Origin: Octopus sinensis
Taxonomy: Eukaryota
NCBI RefSeq assembly: GCF_006345805.1
Contig: NC_043003.1
Span: forward strand, 60,636,001 to 60,700,000
Direction of reading: 5' to 3'
Length of the DNA stretch: 64,000 nt
Positions 63,559 through 64,000 of this stretch are shown piece by piece. Below the pieces are notes generated by a model. That model was given only the letters and a program-made list of their open reading frames with translations, made no database searches and was not told the DNA's origin. A program made the position numbers and the translations under genes. Numbering within the stretch: position 1 is the stretch's first letter; every line of letters starts with the position of its first letter.

Positions 63559-64000
63559 ACATATATATATATATACGACGGACTTCTTTCTGTTTCCCAT
63601 TACCAAATTTCCCCACATGGCTATGGTCGGTCCGAGGTTTTATTAGAAGACACTTGCCCAAGGTACCACGCAATGAAACTGAACCCGGAACCATGTCGAT
63701 GGAAAATGAGCTTCTTAACTCCCCCCCCCCATATATATATATATCTATATGTATACATTTATGACAGTCCTTTACACGGTTTCTGTCTACAAAGTTCATT
63801 CGCTAGGTATTGGCCCAGACTGGGGCCATTGTAGAAGACACTTCCTCAAAGTACAGCATTGTAGAAAAGAACCCGAAACCACATGGCTGCCAAAGGAGCT
63901 TCGTAATCGCGCATGGTCACGCCTGTAGACAAATGTTACATATTGAATAATAGGGACCTCGATAAAATCTAATCTTGACTAAACAACAACAACGAGGGCT

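Overview
AT-rich, microsatellite- and SINE-saturated animal genomic DNA, most likely from an octopod cephalopod (inferred from repeat content, not verified). There is a 100-N gap at 12270-12369. Two host genes are supported, both on the + strand. (1) An intact DUF229-family CDS (28192-30126, 644 aa, single coding exon after a splice acceptor). (2) A spliced bHLH-PAS gene absent from the ORF track: exons 49790-49881, 55343-55500 and 60337-60410 join in frame with matching phases. Its bHLH best resembles Methoprene-tolerant (Met, the juvenile hormone/sesquiterpenoid receptor), and the gene continues beyond the window. The rest is transposon debris: Tc1 and mariner elements, a complete mini-Helitron, Tx1/L1-, RTE-, R4/Dong- and Penelope-like retroelements, at least three tRNA-derived SINE families, and several foldback elements. 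The most unusual non-coding signals are three classes of minimal hammerhead ribozyme motif and a Penelope-like family whose 3' end carries an integral tRNA-like Pol III cassette followed by a hammerhead. Almost all short ORFs in the supplied track are microsatellite or SINE artefacts. Family assignments rest on remembered motifs; no database search was run, and many repeat boundaries are approximate.
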